In this document: positions 54,228 through 63,356 of the stretch, one piece after another | How the letters are laid out: each line of letters opens with the position of its first letter | Position numbering within the stretch: the stretch's first letter is position 1 | Assembly: GCA_040770465.1 (NCBI GenBank) | Contig: JAXGJB010000007.1 | Coordinates: 629-64,628 of the forward strand | DNA: 64,000 nt | From: Methanothrix sp. | Lineage (GTDB): Archaea; Halobacteriota; Methanosarcinia; Methanotrichales; Methanotrichaceae | Direction: 5' to 3' | Notes under the pieces: model-generated | What the model saw: only the letters and a program-made list of their open reading frames with translations | The model's database searches: none | Told to the model about the DNA's origin: nothing | Program-made: the position numbers and the translations under genes

Positions 54228-54713
54228 TCACTCCACCACGTACTCTCCGTCCCGGAGGACGATGACGTAGTCGGCGGAGTTTCTCAAAGCCACGGAGAAG
54301 CCGGGCTCCGCCCCGAAGATGATAGTCTCCTTGCCGTGCTCCATCGCCTTCAGCAGGACGGGCTTGAAGTCGGCGTCTCTGGTGATGAGGGCGATGGTGT
54401 CGATCACGGGGCTGTAGATCAAATCCATCGCCTCCACCGCCAGCTTCACGTCGACGTCGCTCGTGCAGATCACCGGCTCAAACCCCTGGTTTTCGACGGC
54501 CTCCACCAGCTTCTCCGATGCGTACTGGTTGAGGAAGACACGGCCGATCTTTATGTCGCCGTAGTCCTTCAGGATGTCTCTGATCTCCTCCAGGTCGATC
54601 TGGAACTCCTTTCGGAGCATGTTGGGCCCGTCCACCAACAGGCCAATCTTCTTCCTCCCCTTCTCCTTCTTGGAGCCCAGGTACTTCATGATGTGTTCGA
54701 AGTGTATCGGCAT
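54228..54713 (-). CDS. NYN-domain (LabA-like) putative ribonuclease
   Basis: 161 aa. KIGLLVDGPNM..FLNQYAS..CTSDVDVKLAVEAMDL..DTIALITRDADF is the archaeal NYN/LabA pattern. Confidence 0.8.
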   Translation of the reverse strand: MPIHFEHIMKYLGSKKEKGRKKIGLLVDGPNMLRKEFQIDLEEIRDILKDYGDIKIGRVFLNQYASEKLVEAVENQGFEPVICTSDVDVKLAVEAMDLIYSPVIDTIALITRDADFKPVLLKAMEHGKETIIFGAEPGFSVALRNSADYVIVLRDGEYVVE

Positions 54714-54886
54714 CGGATCACTGGTCCATCTCGCGTGATTATTGATTTTCTCATCGATAAGATATATTTTTCCGTCTTAATCCGACCCGAAAGCCGAAAG
54801 ATGCGAGATGAGTATTCGGCGGATCCGCAAAGCCTCCGGGGTTCGAAGGATGGAAAATCCAGGTGAGCGGTCATAAAATAGACCGC

Positions 54887-55654
54887 TCAGAGGTTGAATA
54901 TCTTCTTCGCGTTGGCAGTGGTCGCCTCTGCCACATCCTCAGGGGGTAGACCCTTGATTTTGGCGATGAGGTTGAGGCTGTCAAGGACGCGGACCGGCTC
55001 GTTTCTCCCCCCCCTCGGCGAGAGGAAGGGACTGTCGGTCTCGATCAAAAGCCTATCCAGGGGGACCTGTCTAGCCAGAACCTGGTGCTGGGCGGACTTG
55101 CAGACGACGGTGGCAAGGGATATGTAAAACCCCCGGTCGACGGCCTCTTTCATCGTCCCCGCCATCCCGCTGTAGCAGTGAAATACGACCTTGTTCAGGT
55201 CTTTGACCATATCGAAGGCCTCGTCCTCGGCGAGCCTCGCGTGGATCACCTGGGGGAGGTCGAGCTCTTCCGCGAGAAGGACGACCTTTCCGAAGACCGT
55301 TCGCTGTCGGTCTCTTCCCTTCTGGTCGGGGCAGCGGTAGTAGTCGAGCCCCGCCTCGCCGACTCCGACGATCTCCCGAGCGTGAGATCTGATCTGATCG
55401 AGGGTGGCGTCCACCTCCTCGTCGGTCATCTCGCCGAGGCCGTTTGGGTTGAGGCCAAAAGTCATCCGAACGCAATCGTACTTTTTTGCAAGATCGAGGG
55501 TTTTTCTGTTGGTCTTGAGGTCGATCCCTGAGTTGATCATGGTGGTCACCCCGGCATCCAGGGCCCTCTTGATCACCTCGTCTCTATCCTTGTTGAAGTT
55601 TTTGAAGTCGAGGTGACAGTGAGTGTCTATCACCTCGAATTTTGCTCCGCTCAA
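54887..55654 (-). CDS. tatD: TatD-family metal-dependent hydrolase/DNase
   Basis: 255 aa with VIDTHCHLDF, GEAGLDY, VIHAR and ETDSPFL motifs. Confidence 0.9.
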   Translation of the reverse strand: MSGAKFEVIDTHCHLDFKNFNKDRDEVIKRALDAGVTTMINSGIDLKTNRKTLDLAKKYDCVRMTFGLNPNGLGEMTDEEVDATLDQIRSHAREIVGVGEAGLDYYRCPDQKGRDRQRTVFGKVVLLAEELDLPQVIHARLAEDEAFDMVKDLNKVVFHCYSGMAGTMKEAVDRGFYISLATVVCKSAQHQVLARQVPLDRLLIETDSPFLSPRGGRNEPVRVLDSLNLIAKIKGLPPEDVAEATTANAKKIFNL

Positions 55655-57213
55655 ATCGAGTCTTCCTCCAATAACATCAGTCTATTAATGGCGTTGATCA
55701 GCGCCTCCACCGAGGCCATCACTATATCCTCGCGGGCGGACCGGGCCGTAACCCTCTTTCCGAGGCGGCTGTTCTCGACGCCGATCACCACCTCAGCGAG
55801 GGCGTCGGACCCTCCGGTTATCGCCTCGATCCGAAAGTCGCTGATCTTGACGGCGGTCTCATCCCCCAGGATCCCCCGGACCGCGTTCAAAGCGGCGTCG
55901 ACGGGGCCGACCCCGGTGTCGGCGAGGACCCGCTCCTCGCCCCGGACCAGAGCCCTGACGGTGGCCGTCGATGTGAGGGTGTTTCCTGTCATCACCGCCA
56001 GCTCCTTCAGGATGACGGCCTGCTTCTCCCTGGCCAGCTCTCCGATGACAACCTCGGCTATGGTCATGAGGTCGGCGTTGGTCACGCATTTGCCCTTGTC
56101 GCCCAGGTCCTTGACCCTCTCCAGGATCTCCTGGAGCTGGTTCTCGTTTGGTCCGTACCCCATCTCTTCGAGGGACTGCTTGACGGCGTGCCGTCCGGTA
56201 TGCTTTCCGAGGACGATCCTCCTCCTGTGCCCCACCATCTCCGGCGTCATGATGCCCGGCTCGAAGGTGTCGGTCCTCTCCAGGACCCCGTGGCTGTGGA
56301 TCCCGCTCTCGTGGGCGAAGGCGTTATCGCCGACCACCGGCGCGGTCCGGGATATCCTCACGTCCGAGAGCCGCTCGACGAGCTTTGCGGTCTCGAAGAG
56401 GTAGGGAGTCTTGATGGAGGTTTTCGCCCCGTACATGGAGTGGAGGCACATCACCGTCTCGGCGAGGTTCGCGTTGCCCGCCCTCTCTCCAAGGCCGTTC
56501 GCCGAGACCTGGACCTCTCTTGCTCCAGCCTCGAAGGCGGCGAGGTTGTTGGCGACGGCGAGGCCGAAGTCGTTGTGGCAGTGGACGTCGACGACCATCC
56601 TTTTTGTCGAGTCGCAGATCTCCTTTACCAGGTGGTAGAAGGTGGTGGGGATGGCGACCCCGACGGTGTCGGGGATGTTGATGATGTCGCAGCCAGCCTC
56701 CTCCACAGCCCCGAAGATCTCCTTGAGGAAGGGGATGGGAGTCCGGGTGGCGTCCATCGCCGAGAAGAGGCAGATCCTCCCGTGCTCTTTGACGTACTCC
56801 ACCGCCTCCACCGACTGGGCGACTATCTCCGCGCGGCTTTTTTTGATGGTGTGCTGGATCTGGATCTCCGAAGTCGAGACGAAGACGTGGACCATATCGA
56901 CGCCGGCGTCGAGAGATGCGTCGATGTCCTTTCTTATGATCCGAGAGAGGCCGCAGACCTGGGCTTCGAGCCCCTCGGCTGCGATCATCCTGACGGCTTC
57001 AAAATCGCCCCGAGACGATACGGGAAAACCGGCCTCGATGACGTTCACACCGAGCTTGTCGAGCTGCCGAGCGATAACGATCTTCTCCTCCGGGGTCAGG
57101 GAGACGCCGGGGGTCTGTTCACCATCGCGGAGGGTGGTGTCGAAGATCCGAACTTCTTCTCCACGAAGCGCTTCGATGTTATAGAAAACGATCCCACGCA
57201 GATTGCTCTTGCG
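55651..57213 (-). CDS. 2-isopropylmalate synthase / (R)-citramalate synthase family enzyme (LeuA/CimA) with LeuA-dimer C-terminal domain; start codon unresolved
   Basis: HCHNDFGLAVAN, GERAGNA and the C-terminal regulatory domain are present. The essential N-terminal VRIFDTTLRDGEQTPGVSLTPEEK is encoded at 57049-57153, upstream of the first canonical start (GTG 57048). The frame is open to 57213 with no ATG/GTG/TTG. An ATG at 57217 is out of frame. Confidence 0.85.
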   Translation of the reverse strand, partial: RKSNLRGIVFYNIEALRGEEVRIFDTTLRDGEQTPGVSLTPEEKIVIARQLDKLGVNVIEAGFPVSSRGDFEAVRMIAAEGLEAQVCGLSRIIRKDIDASLDAGVDMVHVFVSTSEIQIQHTIKKSRAEIVAQSVEAVEYVKEHGRICLFSAMDATRTPIPFLKEIFGAVEEAGCDIINIPDTVGVAIPTTFYHLVKEICDSTKRMVVDVHCHNDFGLAVANNLAAFEAGAREVQVSANGLGERAGNANLAETVMCLHSMYGAKTSIKTPYLFETAKLVERLSDVRISRTAPVVGDNAFAHESGIHSHGVLERTDTFEPGIMTPEMVGHRRRIVLGKHTGRHAVKQSLEEMGYGPNENQLQEILERVKDLGDKGKCVTNADLMTIAEVVIGELAREKQAVILKELAVMTGNTLTSTATVRALVRGEERVLADTGVGPVDAALNAVRGILGDETAVKISDFRIEAITGGSDALAEVVIGVENSRLGKRVTARSAREDIVMASVEALINAINRLMLLEEDSI

Positions 57214-57242
57214 TCATGATCCTCTGGTTAGCGGCCTCGCCC

Positions 57243-57250
57243 TATAAAAC
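57243..57250 (-). promoter_or_regulatory. TATA box upstream of the LeuA/CimA-family gene
   Basis: The coding strand reads aaaaagTTTTATAGGgc, with 25 nt between the box and the ATG at 57217. Confidence 0.45.
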
Positions 57251-57375
57251 TTTTTGCACGAAATGAGCTTCAGCCCGCGACTCGGAGAGTCGGGCGATAG
57301 ATTCCATGATCGAGACGAAGCGACAGTCACCGTCCTGAAATGGAAATGTAGCACCGGATACCAGCTCTGATATTT

Positions 57376-57435
57376 GAGCTGATATGTGAGCTGATGATAG
57401 AGCTGATATTCGGTGCTGAATGTTGGAGCTGGTAT
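57376..57435. repeat. Degenerate 12-bp tandem repeat (gagctgatatgt-like) x4-5
   Basis: The units are gagctgatatgt / gagctgatgata / gagctgatattc / ggtgctgaatgt / tggagctggtat. They lie between the FKBP stop (57466) and the LeuA/CimA promoter. Confidence 0.75.
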
Positions 57436-57465
57436 TCTGTAGCGATTTTCAGAAGAATCTCCCGT

Positions 57466-58236
57466 CTATTCGGACGGTGCGCCTTCGGCTGGTGGCTCGG
57501 CCCCAACTTCTGCCCCACCTTCCGCGGCCTCTTCGGCCTTCTCGGGAGGCGATACGAGCTGCGAGGTTACGGTGGGGGTGAGCTTGTGGCTCTCTATGTA
57601 GCGGACCTCTTTGAGGTCGAGGAGCCTCATCGCCATCTCGGCGACGCCCCGCCTCATCATCGGCCACTCCCTGTAGTAGCTCATCTCCCAGGGAGAATCG
57701 ATCTCGGCGACGTCTCCATCCAGGATCTCGGCTTTCAGGTCGATCTTGGCGAAGATACTGACAAGGTTATTCAGCTTCTCCTGCCTGTCCTCGATCCTCT
57801 CGACGATGGTATAATCGTACTTCACCGTCTTGTCGGCAAGGACGTGGTTGTAGTCGATCCTCGCCTTCCTCCCGATGATCCGGGTGAGGGTCCCCATCTT
57901 GCCGTCTACCGAGACCCTCATGCCGATCTCGGGCCTTTCTTTCTTGAACTTGGTGAGGGATATGAGCTCGACGTTATTGGGGTCGCGAACTCCGTAGGCC
58001 TCCTCGGGGGGGACCTCGACGCTTCCTGATGCGCCGATCTCCTTATCCAAGAGCTCGCCATTGAACCCTGCCACCACATCGCCGGACCCGACTATGATGA
58101 GAGCCGGACCGTACTCGACACCATCCTCGTAGATGTCGTTATTCATGGCCAAATCCCGATCCGTGGTGGATATCACCCGTCCGTCGACGCTCTCGGTGTA
58201 ATCTACCCTGATGAAATCGCCGTCTTTTACCGTCAT
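57466..58236 (-). CDS. Long-type archaeal FKBP peptidyl-prolyl cis-trans isomerase
   Basis: 256 aa with an FKBP core (GDFIRVDYT..GPALIIVGSGDVVAGFNGELL), an IF insert and a C-terminal domain. Ala/Glu/Pro-rich tail. Confidence 0.85.
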   Translation of the reverse strand: MTVKDGDFIRVDYTESVDGRVISTTDRDLAMNNDIYEDGVEYGPALIIVGSGDVVAGFNGELLDKEIGASGSVEVPPEEAYGVRDPNNVELISLTKFKKERPEIGMRVSVDGKMGTLTRIIGRKARIDYNHVLADKTVKYDYTIVERIEDRQEKLNNLVSIFAKIDLKAEILDGDVAEIDSPWEMSYYREWPMMRRGVAEMAMRLLDLKEVRYIESHKLTPTVTSQLVSPPEKAEEAAEGGAEVGAEPPAEGAPSE

Positions 58237-58285
58237 CTTGAACTCCGTCCTTGAAAGGATAACTAGCGTTCCAGCCTTTCCCCTT

Positions 58286-58756
58286 CTATATTAAGTAGTC
58301 TGCTATCTTCTCGGTGATGGGCTGCTCGCAGTAGGCGCACCTCAAGGTCACTGGGTTTTTGCTCTTGACGATGAGCTGGGACTTGATCGGCTCGCTCGTG
58401 TTGGATATGCAGGATGGGTTTGGGCACCTCAATACGCCCACGATCAGGTCGGGCATATCGACGGTGTACTTCTCGACGACCCGGCGGTCTCTTATGATGT
58501 TGATCGTCGCCCCGGGGGCGATGAGGGAGATCTTGTTCACCTCCTCCTCTTCCAGCTCCCGGTCCTCCACCTTGACGATGTCCTTTTTGCCCGACCGTTT
58601 GCTGGTCACGTTCATCAGGACGCTTATCGTCGCCTCTGTCGTCCGATCTATCCCCAGGATCTTGAGGACGTTCAGGGCCTGGCCTGCGGGGATGTGGTCG
58701 ATGACCGTCCCGTTCCCGATGGGGGTCACCCTCAGCTTCATCTCGGTCTCAGTCAA
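58286..58756 (-). CDS. pyrI: Aspartate carbamoyltransferase regulatory subunit
   Basis: 156 aa with LRVTPIGNGTVIDHI and the Zn-binding CPNPSC..CAYC. Overlaps pyrB by 4 nt. Confidence 0.92.
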   Translation of the reverse strand: MTETEMKLRVTPIGNGTVIDHIPAGQALNVLKILGIDRTTEATISVLMNVTSKRSGKKDIVKVEDRELEEEEVNKISLIAPGATINIIRDRRVVEKYTVDMPDLIVGVLRCPNPSCISNTSEPIKSQLIVKSKNPVTLRCAYCEQPITEKIADYLI

Positions 58757-59679
58757 TGCGATTCCCCCATAAGCATCTTCAGAAGAGCCATCCTCACCGG
58801 CACCCCGTAGAAGGACTGCTTGAAGTAGACGGCGTGGCGGGTCGCGTCCACCTCGGGGGAGATCTCGTCCACCCTCGGGAGAGGATGCATTATGATCAGG
58901 CCATCTCTGACACCGTCAAGAGTTTTAGGATCTATCCTGTAGCTTTTTGCCACCTTCGAGTACTCGTAAGGGTCGGGAAACCTCTCCCTCTGGATCCTGG
59001 TCATGTAGAGGACGTCCACCTCCCGGATCACCTCGTCCAGATCCCGGGTCTCGCGGACCATCGTCCCCTTCCCCGCCAGGTCCGACTTGATCGGGGCCGG
59101 CATATCGAGGGTCGGGGGCGAGACGAGAGTGATGTCGGCGCCGTAGAGGGCGAGGGCGTAGGCGAGGGAGTGGACGGTTCTGCCGTACTTCAGGTCGCCG
59201 ACGAGGGCGATCTTGAGGTCCTCGAGGCTGCTCTCCTTCCTTATGGTGTAGAGGTCCAGGAGGGTCTGGGTGGGGTGGTGGCCAGCGCCGTCCCCGGCGT
59301 TGAGGACGGGGACGGGCGAGAACTGGGATGCTAGCCTGGCAGAGCCCTCCTTGGGGTGGCGGATGACCAGGGCGTCGGCGTATCCCCCGATCACCCGGAT
59401 GGTGTCGGCAAGGGACTCGCCCTTGGCGATGGCAGACCCCTCGGCGGGGCCGAGGTTGAGGGTCTTGCCGCCAAGGCGCATCATAGCCGTCTCAAAAGAG
59501 AGCCGCGTCCTGGTGCTCGGCTCGAAGAAGAGGAGGGCCAGGATCTTCCCGGAGAGGGCATCACACCTCCCGCCCCGGGCGTAGGGCTCCAGGGATTCGG
59601 CCAGGTCGAGGACGGAGTCGATCTCCTCGCGCGAGAACTCCCGCATCGAGAGGACGTGCCTCTTCTCAAACATGTTCAA
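58753..59679 (-). CDS. pyrB: Aspartate carbamoyltransferase catalytic subunit
   Basis: 308 aa with the STRTR, HPTQ and HPLPR motifs. Confidence 0.95.
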   Translation of the reverse strand: MNMFEKRHVLSMREFSREEIDSVLDLAESLEPYARGGRCDALSGKILALLFFEPSTRTRLSFETAMMRLGGKTLNLGPAEGSAIAKGESLADTIRVIGGYADALVIRHPKEGSARLASQFSPVPVLNAGDGAGHHPTQTLLDLYTIRKESSLEDLKIALVGDLKYGRTVHSLAYALALYGADITLVSPPTLDMPAPIKSDLAGKGTMVRETRDLDEVIREVDVLYMTRIQRERFPDPYEYSKVAKSYRIDPKTLDGVRDGLIIMHPLPRVDEISPEVDATRHAVYFKQSFYGVPVRMALLKMLMGESH

Positions 59680-59712
59680 ACCAACCGCTGCCTGGGATAT
59701 AACGCTTCTGGA

Positions 59713-60486
59713 TCAGAAGAACTTGGAGGCGAGGGTATGCCTCGTCTCACAAGAATCGAGGACGGGGCACCGATCGCAGGGGGCATCCCGCGGCCGGTCG
59801 GGAAGCTTTCCGCCGTTGATCGACCTGACGCGGTCCCTGATCCGCAGGACGCGCCTGCGGTCGGAAGATCTTATCTCCACCTCCCGGACCTCGCCAACCC
59901 TGGGGTACTCGACGATCCCGAAATCGACCCTCCTCTTCGATTCATCTTCGAGGAGGATGGCGTATCCGGTCAGGCGGAGCCGGTCGCTCTTCCAGACCCC
60001 GGTCTCCGGGGGACGGTCGTTTCTTATAATCGAAGGGATCGATACCTCGCCCATCGTCCCATCCCCGGACCCCCTTGATACGATCCGATCGATCCTTCCG
60101 GAGAGGCCGAGCCGATCGGACCTGAGGTCCACCTCCACGGTGCTGGGGGTCAAAAGGTCGAGCCTGGTCGAGAGCTTTGGGGCGATCTCCGGCAGAATCT
60201 CGCGGATCTCCTCGGCGGCGGCCCGGAGGTCGTGCTGGTTGACGTCTTCCCCGTAGATGACGGGAAGTTCGGACTCGGCTCTGTCGAGGGACTCCAGCAG
60301 CCAGGCTTCAAGATCGATCTCGGCGGCCGGATCAAGCTCGGAGAGGGATAGCGCCACCTCCCTCATGAGAAGATTGGTCGGGCTTTCGGTCTCCGGCCAT
60401 ACCTTCCGGCCCATCGCCTGGAAGTAGACGAGCCGTGGGCATCGGAGGTAGAGGGAGATATCGGAGATCCTCACCGTCGGCGGCAT
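59713..60486 (-). CDS. Stand-alone Cas4-like/RecB-family PD-(D/E)XK nuclease with 4-Cys cluster
   Basis: 257 aa with N-terminal YLRCPRLVYF and C-terminal CDRCPVLDSC (1+3 Cys pattern of Cas4/DUF83). No cas genes or CRISPR array in the window. Confidence 0.7.
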   Translation of the reverse strand: MPPTVRISDISLYLRCPRLVYFQAMGRKVWPETESPTNLLMREVALSLSELDPAAEIDLEAWLLESLDRAESELPVIYGEDVNQHDLRAAAEEIREILPEIAPKLSTRLDLLTPSTVEVDLRSDRLGLSGRIDRIVSRGSGDGTMGEVSIPSIIRNDRPPETGVWKSDRLRLTGYAILLEDESKRRVDFGIVEYPRVGEVREVEIRSSDRRRVLRIRDRVRSINGGKLPDRPRDAPCDRCPVLDSCETRHTLASKFF

Positions 60487-60647
60487 AAAGATATCAATTG
60501 TGCTCCATATTTAAAAAGATATTGAAAGGATTAGACAGGTCCAGGCTTGAGCCCTCAGTCGAGCATCACTTCACTCTCTCGTTTAATCCGATCGGCTTCG
60601 TTGTCCTCAAATACCTTCATATATTTTGGAATATAAGTTTCAGACAA

Positions 60648-63338
60648 ATGGGGGTTATCATGCTCACTCAGGTCATCGACAGTCGAGCCTATCGAATCTG
60701 GTTTGCGATCGCGATCGCATCAATATCGATCATCGGGATATCTATGGGAGGTGGTGAAGCCGTGGAGCAGGACGCTTCCGATAGCAAGCTTCCTCTATCA
60801 ATTGACGATATCGACAATTACGAAACTTTTACATCAAGGGTGCCGCTCGGCCCGGAGGCCCTCGAACGGCTGGAGGAGAACAGGTTCGTGGTGGTAACTG
60901 ACCCCTTCTCTCCGAACCGGGATGAGATCACATCCACCTACAAGATCCTGAAGAACCTGGAGGTTCCCATCTTCGTATCCTCGGACTCCCTCCTCCACGT
61001 CTACCACATCCAGTTCGACGAGACTCTCAGGGAGATCGAAGAAGACCACTTTTACGACGACCTCTGGATGATCAGCGAGGCGATGCTCGCAAAGTCCGAG
61101 GCCGACTACGAAGCATCCTCAGGGGAGGCAAAGGAGGCGGCGAGGAGGAACGTCGCCTTCTTCTCTGTGGCCTTGAGCCTTCTGTCTCCATCGGAAGACC
61201 AGCTCTGCTCTGGAAGCAGCCGGGAGTGCGACGAGGGAAGCTTCGAGGGGGCGTTTCCCTACTTCACCGCCGAGGAGCTTGAGGATAAGAGCTTCGAGAT
61301 CCCCCCCCTGGTGAAGGACGAGGCGGAGGCGGAGCTTGCCCTCATCGAGGGCGGGGCAGGGTTTGCGAAGTCGCCGATATTCGGCTACGATGAAGACTAC
61401 TCCCAGTACCGACCAAGGGGCCACTACACCCGGTCCGAACGGCTGAAGAACTACTTCCAGGCGATGATCTGGTACGGGAGGATGAGCTTCCTCCTCAAGG
61501 GCTGCGACGGCGACTGCATCATCTCTGAGGGGGAGGCCCGGATCCAGACCCTTGGGGCGAGCATGATCGCTCAAAACCTTCTCGACGATCCTGACTCGAA
61601 AGATAAGTGGGACCGGATCTACAACGTCACCTCATTTTACGTCGGCTACTCCGACGACCTCGGCCCATACGAGTACAACGAAGCCATCGACGCCCTCTTC
61701 GACGGAGAGGTCTCGGCTCGGGACCTTTCGGGCGATGATCTCGACCTTCTGAAGGCGAGGCTCGCAGAGGAGAGGCCTCCCCGGATCTACGGCGGAACCG
61801 GCGTCGATTCTGCGGCCTGCGCCTCCGAGCCGCCCCTCTCGCCCGACCAGGCGGACGAGTGTCTTTCGGCCACGGCCGGGTTTCGGTTCATGGGGCAGAG
61901 GTTTGTCCCCGACTCCTACGTATTCCAGACCCTGGTGACGCCGAGCGTCGGCGAGTTTTTCGGCGAGGGGGATCCCTTCACCCTGGGGCCCAGCGGCCGC
62001 CACTTCCCCCGAGGCCTCGACGTGATGGCCATCCTCGGCTCGGAGAGGGCCGACGAGATCCTGGCGGCCACCAGCGACTCAAGCTACGTCGACTACTCGA
62101 CGAGGCGGGCCGAGCTTGAAGAGGAGTTATCGCCCCTAGGCGAGGAGGACTGGCAGAAGAACCTCTACTGGTCGTGGCTCTTCGCCCTCAAGCCCCTCCT
62201 GGTGGAGCCAGGTCCAGAAAGCCCCGCCTTCATGCAGACGGTCGCCTGGCAGGACAAAGAGCTGACGACGAGCCTCGCCTCCTGGGCAGAGCTTCGCCAC
62301 GACACCATCCTCTATGCGAAACAGAGCTACACCCTCAGGGCCGTCGCCCTCCCGCCCCAGGAGGTTGAAGCGGTCCCAGGATACGTCGAGCCGGTCCCCG
62401 AGTTCTACGGGCGGCTCCTCGTCCTCGCTCGGATGAACCGGGAAGGGCTCGAAGAGGCCGGCCTCCTGGACGAATCCTCAAAAAGCCGGCTTGAGAGCTT
62501 TGAGGCCGTTCTTTCGAGGCTGGAAGAGATATCGACGGCGGAGCTTGAGGGCGTAGAGCTTTCGGCCGACGATATCGAGTTCATAAACGACTTCGGCGAG
62601 AGGCTGAACGGGGCGATTGAGGGCGTTGATGACAGGTCGAAGAAGACGACGATCGTCGCCGACGTCCACACCGACCCGAACTCGGGACAGGTCCTGGAGG
62701 AGGGGGTGGGCTACGTGAGGCTCATCATCATTGCCTACGAGCTTCCCGAGGGCGGCCTTCGTCTTGCCGCGGGGCCGGCATTCAGCTACTACGAGTTCAA
62801 GCAGCCCATGGATGACCGGCTCACCGACGAGGCCTGGCGCGATATGCTGGTGGACAGCCCACCCGCTGAGCCCGAGTGGACCGGAAGCTTCGCCGACTGG
62901 CTCCCTCGGTCGGTCCTGGAGGCCGAGCCGGAGGACGATTTGGGCGGCGGCAGAGGAGGCGGGTCTCTGGCCGAGGAGGCGACCAAAGAGGCGGCGGCAG
63001 AGGAGATGGAGATAGAAGGAGGGATGGATGCCGGGATCGGATCCCTCCCCGTATCCACCGATTCCGACTCCGGTCGGGGCGCAGATATCCGTTTGGAGGA
63101 CTTCCAGGTGAAGATCGGCTGGAACCTGCGAGAGGGCTGGTACGCCGACTGCAACATCACCCTCACAAACTATGGGGACTCCGAGGGGACCGCCAGAGTG
63201 ATCCTGGAAGACGGTGAAGGGAGGGTCCTCCGGGAGCTGGAGATCCTGGTCCCTCCGAACTCCACCGTCACCGAGGAGGCGTCAGTCGACATCTCAGGGG
63301 CGAGCCGGAGGGTGAGCTCGAAGCTGGTGGAGGGATGA
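60648..63338 (+). CDS. Large membrane-anchored/secreted protein, DUF3160-like, with C-terminal CARDB-like domain
   Basis: ATG at 60648 or 60660 followed by a TM/signal segment IWFAIAIASISIIGISMGG. YSQYRPRGHYTRSE resembles the DUF3160 motif as I remember it. The C-terminal ~110 aa look like a CARDB/Ig-like fold. Confidence 0.55.
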   Translation: MGVIMLTQVIDSRAYRIWFAIAIASISIIGISMGGGEAVEQDASDSKLPLSIDDIDNYETFTSRVPLGPEALERLEENRFVVVTDPFSPNRDEITSTYKILKNLEVPIFVSSDSLLHVYHIQFDETLREIEEDHFYDDLWMISEAMLAKSEADYEASSGEAKEAARRNVAFFSVALSLLSPSEDQLCSGSSRECDEGSFEGAFPYFTAEELEDKSFEIPPLVKDEAEAELALIEGGAGFAKSPIFGYDEDYSQYRPRGHYTRSERLKNYFQAMIWYGRMSFLLKGCDGDCIISEGEARIQTLGASMIAQNLLDDPDSKDKWDRIYNVTSFYVGYSDDLGPYEYNEAIDALFDGEVSARDLSGDDLDLLKARLAEERPPRIYGGTGVDSAACASEPPLSPDQADECLSATAGFRFMGQRFVPDSYVFQTLVTPSVGEFFGEGDPFTLGPSGRHFPRGLDVMAILGSERADEILAATSDSSYVDYSTRRAELEEELSPLGEEDWQKNLYWSWLFALKPLLVEPGPESPAFMQTVAWQDKELTTSLASWAELRHDTILYAKQSYTLRAVALPPQEVEAVPGYVEPVPEFYGRLLVLARMNREGLEEAGLLDESSKSRLESFEAVLSRLEEISTAELEGVELSADDIEFINDFGERLNGAIEGVDDRSKKTTIVADVHTDPNSGQVLEEGVGYVRLIIIAYELPEGGLRLAAGPAFSYYEFKQPMDDRLTDEAWRDMLVDSPPAEPEWTGSFADWLPRSVLEAEPEDDLGGGRGGGSLAEEATKEAAAEEMEIEGGMDAGIGSLPVSTDSDSGRGADIRLEDFQVKIGWNLREGWYADCNITLTNYGDSEGTARVILEDGEGRVLRELEILVPPNSTVTEEASVDISGASRRVSSKLVEG

Positions 63339-63356
63339 GCGGCTCTGCGGGGCGTC

